Assembly: GCA_016192455.1 (NCBI GenBank)
Contig: JACPUC010000007.1
Coordinates: 68,720 to 132,719 of the forward strand
Source: Candidatus Tectimicrobiota bacterium
GTDB taxonomy: Bacteria > JACPUC01
DNA: 64,000 bases
Direction of reading: 5' to 3'
The notes beneath the pieces are model-generated. The model was not told the origin of the DNA, ran no database searches, and worked only from the letters and a program-made list of their open reading frames with translations. The position numbers were made by a program, and so were the translations under genes. This document shows, piece after piece, positions 19,277 to 28,009 of this stretch (the stretch's first letter is position 1; the number at the start of each line of letters is the position of its first letter).

Positions 19277-19756
19277 TCAGATGCGCAGGCGGCTGCTGAG
19301 CATGCCGAGGAGGACGAGGGCAAGGATGAGGACGAAGCCGTTGAGGCGCACCGCGAGCCGGTGCAAGCGGTTGAACTCGCCGTCGATTTCGGCGCGGCGG
19401 GGCGTCTCCTGAGCGATGCGGCTCTCTTCCTTGAGCTGGTGAGCCCGGGGGGTGATGACCTGCCCCGCATAGAGCATGGCGATGAGCATGACGCCGAGCA
19501 GGATGATGCTTGCCAGCGAGCTACGCGCCGCGGCTCCCTCCCGCCAGAACAGGAAGGCGCTGGCCGCCAAGGTTACGGCGATGGCAATGGCGCTCAGCAG
19601 GTAGTAGCCAGGAAAGAGAAGGCTCACGATGTCGCCGGCCTGCTCGCGCGGCAAGCCGCGGAAGAGCGTCGGCGCCACGATGAACGAGAAGTAGCTCGTG
19701 CCGCCAAGGAGTACGCTGAGACCAAGGAGCTGGAAGAAGCGGAGCGTCGTCCACAT
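19277..19756 (-). CDS. DUF4149-like small integral membrane protein
   Basis: 159 aa with four hydrophobic helices. N-terminus FSFIVAPTLFRGLPREQAGDIVSLLFPGYY is typical of the DUF4149 family. The 359-aa plus-strand ORF overlapping it is judged spurious. Confidence 0.5.
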   Translation of the reverse strand: MWTTLRFFQLLGLSVLLGGTSYFSFIVAPTLFRGLPREQAGDIVSLLFPGYYLLSAIAIAVTLAASAFLFWREGAAARSSLASIILLGVMLIAMLYAGQVITPRAHQLKEESRIAQETPRRAEIDGEFNRLHRLAVRLNGFVLILALVLLGMLSSRLRI

Positions 19757-20369
19757 AGCCTCTCCTCGTCGTCAACGCATCAGGCGCCTCGAGGTCCAGG
19801 GCCGCACCCCGGCCAGAGCCACACCCACGTTACTACCACAGCCGCCAGCCAGGCTCAAGGCACAGAGTATGGAGAGGATGATTGACCCTGCAGAGCCCCC
19901 CCTTCACCCTATCTTTCTCCCGGCGGGCGAGGGGGGCGGGGCGAGAAGGGCGTGTGGAGGCACGGCCCTCTCAAGAGAACCTGCACCGAATCCGCTAACC
20001 AAGGTCCGAAACACATTTCCGAGGCGGAGCAGCAGAGGACTCAACAACGTCGCGACGGCGGAAAGGCCGCGGCGGCGAGGCTGAAGCGCTGGGGTGCGGC
20101 GTGCAAGAGGTCAGGCCCCCCGCTCCGCTCCTGACGCTGGCGGTGGAGGGGAGTGAAGGGCCTGATGGAGGAGGGAAGCTATGGTAACCGTAATAGACGA
20201 GCTGCCTTCCTCTTTCTTGCTTGCCGCTGCAAAAATCTTTTGCGGGTTTGATGGGCGCGCCTGAGCGGAGGGTGACGCGATCTCACCATGCTCTCCGCAG
20301 GGATAGGGATCAGGACGCCGAGCGCGGAAGGAGGCGCACCGTTCCGCGCCTGCTGCAACAGGAACCGAG

Positions 20370-20477
20370 ATGAAACGCACCATCATCAAGCTGCTTATCT
20401 TTCTCGCCCTCGTCTTCGGCCTCATCCTCGGGTGGTTCTATGCGCTCTCCGTCATGATGGCCCCCTCGGGACCCTAA
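20370..20477 (+). CDS. small hydrophobic peptide (35 aa, single TM helix)
   Basis: MKRTIIKLLIFLALVFGLILGWFYALSVMMAPSGP. An AGGAA RBS lies 6 nt upstream. Below the track's size cutoff. Sits 180 nt upstream of the diiron protein gene. Confidence 0.35.
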   Translation: MKRTIIKLLIFLALVFGLILGWFYALSVMMAPSGP

Positions 20478-20565
20478 GGCGGCGAGGGCAGCTACGGAAG
20501 TCCGGCGAGAGGCCCGCTCGACCCGGCGATGCGCCGGCGGCCGAAGCCGCGCGCGCCCCCGGGCC

Positions 20566-20593
20566 TTGACAGCGTGGCGCTGGGTGCTAAAGT
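20566..20593 (+). promoter_or_regulatory. candidate sigma70 promoter (TTGACA-16 nt-TAAAGT)
   Basis: Read directly ~60 nt upstream of the GAAGGAGAG RBS and ATG 20656. The -10 element is weak. Confidence 0.3.
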
Positions 20594-20655
20594 TACACCA
20601 CTAGCTACTGTCGAAACCGCCGAAACCCACGCTGGAAAGCGAAGGAGAGAAGAGC

Positions 20656-21393
20656 ATGGAGGTGCTTGAGCTTTACGAAACCGCCAAGGTCTCGCAGTGG
20701 AACGCCACGCGCGACATCCCCTGGGATCGGGATGAGCCGATGACGGCGACGGAGCACGAGGTGCTGCGCGGCCTGCTGTCGAACTACCATTTCGGCGAGA
20801 TGGCGGGCATTGAGATTCCGGCCTTTGCGCTCCTGAAGGTGAAAGACCGCGAGGCCAAGCTCTTTCTCTCCACGCAGCAGATGGACGAGGCGCGTCACGT
20901 CGAGGCCTTCGACCTGCGCCTGCAGCAGATTGGCTGCGACGTCAAGCAGGTGCAGATGGGCAACGTGGCATTCAGCAAGGCCCTGGCCGATCTCCTCACC
21001 CTGGAGACCGCCGAGGAAGCGATCGCCGGCATCCACATCGTCTTCGAGAACCTCGGCTCGGTGGCCTTTCGCTCGCACTACCGCGCCCTCTGCAAGACCG
21101 GCCGCGATCCCGTGACGCGCGAGATTCTGAAGCGCGTCATCGCCGACGAGACGCGCCATGAGCAGTTCGGCCGCACCTGGATGAAGAAGTTCCTGGAAGC
21201 GAACCCGGAGCGCCTCGAGGTGGTGGACGGGGTGCAGAAGCGCATTGCCCCGATGATGATCGAGACGCTCCTCCACAAGAGCGCCAAGATGAAGGTGTGG
21301 GAGATCGAGCGTGAGGAGGACGTGGCGAGCGCCGTGAAAAAGTTCACCTGGATTCTTGACGACCTCGGACTCGACAGCAGCTACTTGAACTGA
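20656..21393 (+). CDS. ferritin-like diiron-carboxylate protein (AurF/CADD-like oxygenase family)
   Basis: Two E...ExxH motifs (DEARHVEAF and DETRHEQFG) with intervening helices, characteristic of the four-helix-bundle diiron family. Confidence 0.65.
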   Translation: MEVLELYETAKVSQWNATRDIPWDRDEPMTATEHEVLRGLLSNYHFGEMAGIEIPAFALLKVKDREAKLFLSTQQMDEARHVEAFDLRLQQIGCDVKQVQMGNVAFSKALADLLTLETAEEAIAGIHIVFENLGSVAFRSHYRALCKTGRDPVTREILKRVIADETRHEQFGRTWMKKFLEANPERLEVVDGVQKRIAPMMIETLLHKSAKMKVWEIEREEDVASAVKKFTWILDDLGLDSSYLN

Positions 21394-21601
21394 GCGGGGC
21401 CCCGCGGCTGGCGGGACTCCGGCACGGCAAAGCCCGGAAACAACGGCGGGGCCTCACCAAACGAGGCCCCGCGACGCGTCTGCGTGCGCTCCCGGCGTCA
21501 CTGGCAGCGCCGGCGCCCCGCCTGCATCCCCCAGCTTCATTTTCTTGCCCGCCTGGCAGTTTCCTGCCTGCCGGCAGGCAGACCCCGCGCTTCCCAAAAC
21601 C

Positions 21602-23062
21602 TTAGCTTGCCGGCACCTGCTCGATCAGCACCTGCGCGGCTTGATCGGCGCTGTGGATGCAGTCGGGAATGCCGATGCCGCGGTAGGCATTGCCGGCCAG
21701 GGCGAAGCCTGGCACCCGGCGGCGCAGCGCCTCGATGGCGCGGACCTTGTCGAGGTGACCGAGGTGGTACTGCGCCATGGCGCCGGGGTGGCGGCTGACG
21801 CGCGCGAGGAGCGGCTCCTCCTTGATGCCAAGGACCGGCCGCAGATCGCCGAGCAGCGCCTGGACCATGTCGGCATCGCTCAGGGCATAGCGCTCCGGCT
21901 GCACCGCGCCGCCCACGAAAGCCCGCAGCAGCGCCACGTCCCGCGGCGAGCGCCCCTCGAACTTCACACTGCTGAACGAGCACGCGATGAGCGACTTGTC
22001 CTCAGAGCGGGGCACGACGAACCCCATGCCATCGAGGGGATGGGCGATGCTCCGGCGCCTGAACGCCAGGTTGACGATGGCCGAGGAGGCGTAGGGAACG
22101 CCGGCAAGTTGCTTGGCGAGGTCCGGCAGGAGGCCGCCTAGGAGCGCCGCGGCGGGCGGGGCCGGCAGGGCGACGCAGATGCCGTCGGCGCGCAGCGAGG
22201 CGCCGCCCTCGATGCGCACCTTCCACTGCGGCGCCTCGCCGCAATGCTCGAGCGCCACGACGCGGCAGCCGGTCCTCACGCTGCCCTCCGGAAGCTGCCC
22301 GGCAAGCCGCTCGATGAGCGTGCCGAGGCCGCGGCGCAGGGTCAGGAAGAGGCCGTAGCGCGCGCCGGCATCCTGGCGCGTATCGAGACCGCGCTTGCGC
22401 ATGGCGCGGCGGTTCTTCCACATGGCGCGGATGATGCTGCGCTCCTGCTCCTCCATCTCGAGCATCTGCGGCATGGTGGCCTGCAGGCTGAGCTGCCGCG
22501 CGTCGCCCGTGTAGATGCCGGCCACCAGCGGCTGGGCCATGCGCTCCAGAGCTTCGCGTCCCAGGCGACGGATCACGAAGGCCTCGAGCGACTCGTCCTG
22601 CGGCGCCCCGCCGTCTCGCCGTCGTCGCGGCAGCACCAAGTCCATGGCCATGCGCAGCTTGCCCCGCCAGGTGAAGAGGGGGGTGCGCAGGAATGGCCAC
22701 AGCGAGGTGGGGGCGAAGAGGAGAAACCCCTCCGGCATCGGGTGCAGGGTGTTGTCCCGCAGGATAAAGCTACCGTGCGGGGTGGACTGGGTGCGGATGA
22801 GATCATCTTGGAGCCCCAGTTCCTGGCAGAGTTTCAAGGCCCACGGCTTCGTCGTGATGAAGGCGTCGGGCCCCTCCTCCAGCAGCAGGCCTTCCTCGTG
22901 GTGGCTGTGGATGACGCCGCCGAGGCGCTGCTGGGCTTCCAGCAGGATGACCTCCACCTTCCCGCCGCGCTCGCGGCCGAGCCGCGTCAGGCGGTAGGCG
23001 GCGGCCAAGCCGGAGATTCCCCCGCCGATGACCGCAAGCTGCCGTGGAGCGTCCTGGAGCAT
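21602..23062 (-). CDS. hemY: protoporphyrinogen/coproporphyrinogen III oxidase (HemY/CgoX)
   Basis: N-terminal FAD fold VIGGGISGLAAAY and HemY-family length (486 aa). Immediately downstream of hemE. Confidence 0.8.
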   Translation of the reverse strand: MLQDAPRQLAVIGGGISGLAAAYRLTRLGRERGGKVEVILLEAQQRLGGVIHSHHEEGLLLEEGPDAFITTKPWALKLCQELGLQDDLIRTQSTPHGSFILRDNTLHPMPEGFLLFAPTSLWPFLRTPLFTWRGKLRMAMDLVLPRRRRDGGAPQDESLEAFVIRRLGREALERMAQPLVAGIYTGDARQLSLQATMPQMLEMEEQERSIIRAMWKNRRAMRKRGLDTRQDAGARYGLFLTLRRGLGTLIERLAGQLPEGSVRTGCRVVALEHCGEAPQWKVRIEGGASLRADGICVALPAPPAAALLGGLLPDLAKQLAGVPYASSAIVNLAFRRRSIAHPLDGMGFVVPRSEDKSLIACSFSSVKFEGRSPRDVALLRAFVGGAVQPERYALSDADMVQALLGDLRPVLGIKEEPLLARVSRHPGAMAQYHLGHLDKVRAIEALRRRVPGFALAGNAYRGIGIPDCIHSADQAAQVLIEQVPAS

Positions 23063-23137
23063 CGTTCTTCCATTCAGCGCCGGAGCGAGGGGGCGGATCA
23101 GCGCGTTCGCCGCCGCAGAGGGTGGCGAGCCGTCAAC

Positions 23138-24190
23138 TCAGTGGCCGTAGGCATGCACCATGTCAACGAGCGCCAGCACGTTATCCACGGGAGTCTCGGG
23201 CAGGATGCCATGGCCAAGGTTGAAGATGTGACCGCGCTTGCCAGCCGCTTGGCGCAGGATGTCGTGCGTCTTGCGGCGCAGCACCGCGCGCTCGGCGAAG
23301 AGCGCGGCGGGATCGAGGTTGCCCTGCACGCCGACGTCGCCGACCTGCTCCCAGGCGCGCCCGAAGTCGAGGTAGTGATCAATGCCGATGATCGTGCCTC
23401 CCGCCTCGCGCATCAGGGTGAGGAGCTGCGCCGTGTGGGTGCCGAAATGAATCACCGGCACTTCCGCATGGAGTCGCGCGAAGAGGGCGCGCATGTGCGG
23501 CAGCACGTACTCGGCGTAGTCAGCCGGCGACAGGCAGCCGACCCAGCTATCGAAGACTTGCAGCGCCTGCGCCCCCGCCGCAACCTGCCCGTCGAGGTGG
23601 CTTGCCACGCAGCGGCTCAGCAGCTCCATCAGCGCCTGCCAGGCCCGTGGCTCGTTGTACATGAAGGCCTTGGTGTGACGGTAGTGCCGCGACGAGCCGC
23701 CTTCGAGCATGTACGAGGCAAGGGTGAACGGCGCCCCGGCGAAGCCGATGAGCGGGATGTCCTTCGGCAGCGCGGCGCGTGTCAGGCGGAGCGCCTCGTG
23801 GACGAACGCCAGCGTTTCCCCGGGTTGGACCTCGCGCAATTTCTGCACGTCCGCGCTGGTCCGTATGCGGTTGCCCAGGCGCGGCCCGCCGTTGTCGGGA
23901 TAGTCGAGCTGCATCCCCATCGGTTCAAGAAGGACAAGGATGTCCGAGAAGATGATCGCCGCGTCCGTCTGCAGACGCCGCTGCGCCGTCACCGTCACCT
24001 CGGCGGCAAGCTCCGGCCTCTTGCAGAGATCGAGGAAGGAGACTTTGCGGCGCACCTCGCGGTACTCCCGCATGTACCTCCCCGCCTGGCGCATCAGCCA
24101 GATGGGGGTTGCGTCCACGGCTTCACGCCGGCAGGCTCGCAAGAACCGCGACTTCCTCAGCTCGTCGGAGAGCAGCGGAAGAGATGGCAA
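23138..24190 (-). CDS. hemE: uroporphyrinogen decarboxylase
   Basis: PIWLMRQAGRYM and the subsequent URO-D signature regions. 350 aa. Confidence 0.9.
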   Translation of the reverse strand: MPSLPLLSDELRKSRFLRACRREAVDATPIWLMRQAGRYMREYREVRRKVSFLDLCKRPELAAEVTVTAQRRLQTDAAIIFSDILVLLEPMGMQLDYPDNGGPRLGNRIRTSADVQKLREVQPGETLAFVHEALRLTRAALPKDIPLIGFAGAPFTLASYMLEGGSSRHYRHTKAFMYNEPRAWQALMELLSRCVASHLDGQVAAGAQALQVFDSWVGCLSPADYAEYVLPHMRALFARLHAEVPVIHFGTHTAQLLTLMREAGGTIIGIDHYLDFGRAWEQVGDVGVQGNLDPAALFAERAVLRRKTHDILRQAAGKRGHIFNLGHGILPETPVDNVLALVDMVHAYGH

Positions 24191-24309
24191 GGCAGGAATC
24201 GTCTCGTTCCCCCATCCACGACGGTCCGTGGTCAGCGCGGGGCGGTCACCCCTCCCCCTTGAGCGCGGGAAAGAGGCTCCGAGCCACCCTCGCGATGTCT
24301 GAAAATCGT

Positions 24310-24318
24310 TGATATGAT
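24310..24318 (+). promoter_or_regulatory. candidate extended -10 element TGaTATGAT in hemE/hemH divergent region
   Basis: Read directly. Lies 177 nt upstream of the hemH ATG. Confidence 0.25.
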
Positions 24319-24494
24319 AGAGCCTTCCTCTTCTGGTGTCAACGTTCGGCGCGGCGTCGGCGAGGGGAGGAGCGGCGCTTCATCGCGCGGCGTCGACAAA
24401 TTGCTTCGAAAACTCTACATTTGAGGGGATGAACCCGCAGCCCGCGGCTAGAGCGGCGCGCTGGCACACCGCAAAGGAGGGAGGAAGCGCGTGC

Positions 24495-25490
24495 ATGGCG
24501 AGTGGTGAGCAGACCTCAGGCGGAACGAGCTACGATAGTATTCTCCTCATTGCTTTCGGTGGCCCCACTTCGGGCGACCAGAGCTACGACTACGTGAAGG
24601 GGATTGTCGGCAACCGTGCCGGCGCCGAGCCGCGCATCCGGGCGGTGGCGCGTCACTACGAGCATTTCGACGGCAGCCCCTTCAATGAGCATACCTTCCG
24701 CCAGGCGGAGCATCTGCGGGCTGCCTTGGCGCGGCGCGGCCTCGATGTGCCGGTCTACTGCGGCATGCGGCACTGGCACCCCTACGTGCGCGAGGTGCTG
24801 GCGCGGATGGCCGAGGCCGGCTGCCGCAACACCCTCGGTGTCATCATGGCGCCGCACCAATGCTGGATAAGCTGGGATTGGTACCAAAACTGCGTCAACG
24901 AGGGGAACGGCCGCCTCGGCGACCGGCGCCTGACGTTCACCTACGTCGATCCGTGGTGGCAGGAGCCGGCCTTCATCGAGGCCAATGCGGCGCGCCTTCA
25001 GGAGGCCTTCGCCAGGCTTTGCGGGCAAGCGGCGCAGGCCCAGCTCATCTTCTCGGCGCATGCCATCCCCATCAACGCCTGCCAGTTCTGCAAGAATGAA
25101 GAACGCCGCTGTCCGTACTCGGTGCAGTTCGAGGAGACGGCGCGCCTGGTGGCCCAGGCGGTTGGGCGGGGCGCCGACTACCTCACCTGCTACCAGAGCC
25201 AGGCAGGCGTGGCGAGCGAGTGGACCAGACCCGCCGTGCGCGAGGTCATCGCCGCCTGCAAGCAGAGAGGAGTAGGCGCGGTGGTGATCAGCCCCATCGG
25301 TTTCCTCGTCGATCACATCGAGGTGCTCTGGGACCTCGACATGGACGTCAAGAAGCTCTGCGAGGAGTACCGCATTACTTACGAGCGCGCCGAGACTGTG
25401 GAGTCCCATCCCGCCTTCATCGAGCTGCTCGCCGACCGGGTGCTGGCGCGCTACCAAGGCCGCGCGCGGCTTGAAGCGCCGCTGCACTGA
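24495..25490 (+). CDS. hemH: ferrochelatase (possibly coproporphyrin ferrochelatase CpfC)
   Basis: ATG at 24495 preceded by AAGGAGGG. ILLIAFGGP..., a conserved His in MAPHQCW, and the C-terminal ISPIGFLVDHIEVLWDLD match the ferrochelatase fold. Confidence 0.85.
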   Translation: MASGEQTSGGTSYDSILLIAFGGPTSGDQSYDYVKGIVGNRAGAEPRIRAVARHYEHFDGSPFNEHTFRQAEHLRAALARRGLDVPVYCGMRHWHPYVREVLARMAEAGCRNTLGVIMAPHQCWISWDWYQNCVNEGNGRLGDRRLTFTYVDPWWQEPAFIEANAARLQEAFARLCGQAAQAQLIFSAHAIPINACQFCKNEERRCPYSVQFEETARLVAQAVGRGADYLTCYQSQAGVASEWTRPAVREVIAACKQRGVGAVVISPIGFLVDHIEVLWDLDMDVKKLCEEYRITYERAETVESHPAFIELLADRVLARYQGRARLEAPLH

Positions 25491-25733
25491 GTGCGGCGCG
25501 GCGCACGGCGGCGGCGGCGGCGGCCTGGTTCGAACCTTCTTCCTGCAACGGCGCAAGTGTACTGCGGTGCGGGGCCCGAGGGAGCGATGTCTGGCGCCGC
25601 GACGGCGCCAGGGTGCGTTGTCGGGAAAGCGGCTGCGATTGCCTTGGCGGGGTGAAAGGCCCAATGCTGGGCGATAAGGGGAGATGCGGGGGTGAACTGA
25701 TGGCAGCGCGCGGGGAGCGCCGCGCGGCCGCGC

Positions 25734-26096
25734 CTACCGCCCCAACAGACCAGCCGTGACGCTCGACTCCAACATGGCGAAATCGACCGGCTTCGTCAGG
25801 TAGTCCACCGCGCCAAGGTGCATGCCCGTCTCGCCCAGCTCCCGCTGGTGGACCGCCGTCAGGATGATCACGGCGATACCGGGACGCATCGACTTCAGGT
25901 GCTTCAGCGTTTCCATCCCGTCCATAGTGGGCATCCGGAGATCGAGCAGGACCAGGTCGGGTGGCTCCTGGCCGACCTTCTCCAGCGCCTCCTCTCCGCT
26001 CAAGGCGTAGTCGACGGTATGGCCAAGCGTCACCAGGTACGACTGCAGCACCCGACAGGCATCCACCTCATCGTCAACCACCAAGATCCGGCCCAT
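25734..26096 (-). CDS. stand-alone CheY-like response-regulator receiver protein
   Basis: From Met MGRILVVDDE. Has the phospho-acceptor Asp in LVLLDLRMP, the conserved T (ILTA) and K (LTKP). No output domain. Confidence 0.8.
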   Translation of the reverse strand: MGRILVVDDEVDACRVLQSYLVTLGHTVDYALSGEEALEKVGQEPPDLVLLDLRMPTMDGMETLKHLKSMRPGIAVIILTAVHQRELGETGMHLGAVDYLTKPVDFAMLESSVTAGLLGR

Positions 26097-26924
26097 TGCG
26101 ACATCTTTCTCCCATCGAAACCCCTCGCTCACGAAACTTCCCGGTCCATGCTCTTCACCGGTGAAAGCGCCCTCGTGCATGGCCGTCTCCCCCTCCCTGA
26201 CAGTGACCAGGCGCCCTGAAAGAGATGCGTGCGGCGCCTGGCCCTCATCCTTGCCGCAGGCGTGTGGCTGCGCGCCCGCATGACCCCTCCGGGCCCCTCG
26301 GGGCCTCTCCCCGAGGATGAAGCCGGAGGCTCAGCTCTTCCGCCGTAAACTGACGCACCGAGGCAAGGAATCTTTCTCTAGGGTGAACGATTCTTCGTCG
26401 ATTGGCAAGCTGATCCTTAGCATCTTGCCCTCCGCCTCGACGGGTGGTGAGCGGCGCCGTGGCGCTACGGCGCCATCGCCGCGAGCGTCGTCGCCGCAAG
26501 CGCGACCTTGCAGCCAGGGCATAGCCCCAAGGCGCTCACCGCCGCCCTGGGCGGGCCGTCTCCCGCCGGGCTTCCTCCCACCACTCCCCTCACTTTGCCA
26601 GTGAACCCGTCGAGTCTCCTTCCCCTCCTGCCGCCCGGCATGTTGACCGTCGGACCCAACGTGTTGCGCCTTCACTCCAGGCAACCCTCCCGGTAGGTGG
26701 CGGGAAGCCACATCTACGTGGGGGCGCAGGGGCACCATCCGCCCCCGGCGCAGCGGCTGGGCCGTGCGCGCCCCACCCCGCCGCGGTCGGCAAGAAACCG
26801 CCGCCTCTCCCCCGCCGTGGCCCAACTATTGCTTGTAGAACACACAAAGTGAAGGTTTCTTGACTTCCCAGTCGAGACGCCTTACCCCAGGAGTGGCACA
26901 CTGCGCAACGGAGAGGAGCCGACG

Positions 26925-27908
26925 GTGTTACGCCTCGACGAGAGCCCCATCATCCTCTTCGGCGGCAAGGGGGGCGTCGGAAAGACAACCTGCGCCTGCG
27001 CCGCCGCGGTCCATCTCGCCAGCCGAGGCAAGAAGACCCTCGTTATCTCAACCGACCCAGCTCATTCCCTGGGCGATAGCCTGGGGCAACGTCTGGGGGA
27101 TGAGATGACGCAGATCACGGCGCTGCCCTCCCTCACTGCTCTCGAGCTGAACGCGGCGAAGTCCCTGCGGGAGTTCAAGGAAGAGTATGAGGAGGAGATT
27201 CTCTCCCTCCTGCGCACGGGAAGCTACCTCGATGATGCCGATCTCGCCGAGATTCTCTCCCTGAGCATCCCCGGCTTGGATGAGGTGATGGGGTTCAAAC
27301 GCATCACCGATCTCCTCGCCAGCGCCCGAGCTGACCACGTTCTCATCGATACCGCCCCGACCGGCCATGCCCTGCGCCTCCTCATGATGCCGGAGCTTGC
27401 CGACCAGTGGGTAAAGGTGCTCGCAAGCCTGCGCTGGAAGTACCGCCGGATGGTCACGCAGCTCGTCGGCGGGGTGGCGGCCGAGCGCGGCGACGACTTC
27501 CTCCTTACTCTGAAGCGCAGCGTGAAACGCATGCGCACCTGGCTGCGGGATCGACGGCGCACCCAGTTTGTCGTCGTCACCATCCCGGAGTACCTGGCGG
27601 TACGCGAGACCCAACACCTCGTCGAGGAGCTGCGCGCCGCCCACGTGCCGCTGCGGCACCTGATCATCAACCACGTGCGGGCCGGCGGCGCCCTTCCCTG
27701 TCCGTTCTGCGCCGAGGCGCGCATGGCCCAGCAACCGTACATCGCCGCGCTGCGCGCCGCCTATCCCGACCTCGCGGTAACCCTCATGATCCAGGAGCCG
27801 CGCGAGGTGCGCGGCCTCAATGCCTTGCGCTGTGTGGGGCGGCAGCTCTTCGACCGGCTTGAACCTCGCGGCCTCAGCGAGCACCTCCTGCACGCACCGG
27901 CGGGCTAG
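26925..27908 (+). CDS. ArsA/Get3-family P-loop ATPase with CxxC motif
   Basis: GTG start after GGAGAGGAG RBS. Deviant Walker A GGKGGVGKTT, the ArsA/Get3 signature DTAPTGHALRLL, and a C-terminal CPFC pair as in the Get3 zinc-bridged dimer. Confidence 0.8.
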   Translation: MLRLDESPIILFGGKGGVGKTTCACAAAVHLASRGKKTLVISTDPAHSLGDSLGQRLGDEMTQITALPSLTALELNAAKSLREFKEEYEEEILSLLRTGSYLDDADLAEILSLSIPGLDEVMGFKRITDLLASARADHVLIDTAPTGHALRLLMMPELADQWVKVLASLRWKYRRMVTQLVGGVAAERGDDFLLTLKRSVKRMRTWLRDRRRTQFVVVTIPEYLAVRETQHLVEELRAAHVPLRHLIINHVRAGGALPCPFCAEARMAQQPYIAALRAAYPDLAVTLMIQEPREVRGLNALRCVGRQLFDRLEPRGLSEHLLHAPAG

Positions 27909-28009
27909 CGACGCGGCGCGGAGGCGCGAGCGGCGCAAAAGAGATGGCGCGGCAAGCGCGCCAGAGAGCCTGGAGATGCCAGCGAGCGGCGGAGGCGGAG
28001 GAAGGAATC

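Noticed and set aside
18806-19885. 359-aa plus-strand ORF (and similar long ORFs such as 4222..5640, 1820..2923, 7514..8542, 10517..12049, 21545..22141, 22244..24262, 38998..40683, 41931..43400, 46913..48988)
   Set aside because: Antisense to, or out of frame with, well-supported genes. Arg/Ala/Gly/Pro-rich translations typical of spurious ORFs in 68% GC DNA.
25515-25545. tRNA-like GGTTCGAACC T-loop-like string
   Set aside because: Flanking sequence cannot form acceptor, D or anticodon arms. Simple palindrome.
26889-26906. TGGCACACTGCGCAAC resembling a sigma54 -24/-12 promoter just upstream of the Get3-like gene
   Set aside because: GG-to-GC spacing is 8 nt instead of the obligatory 10, and it sits only ~20 nt from the RBS. 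Not called.
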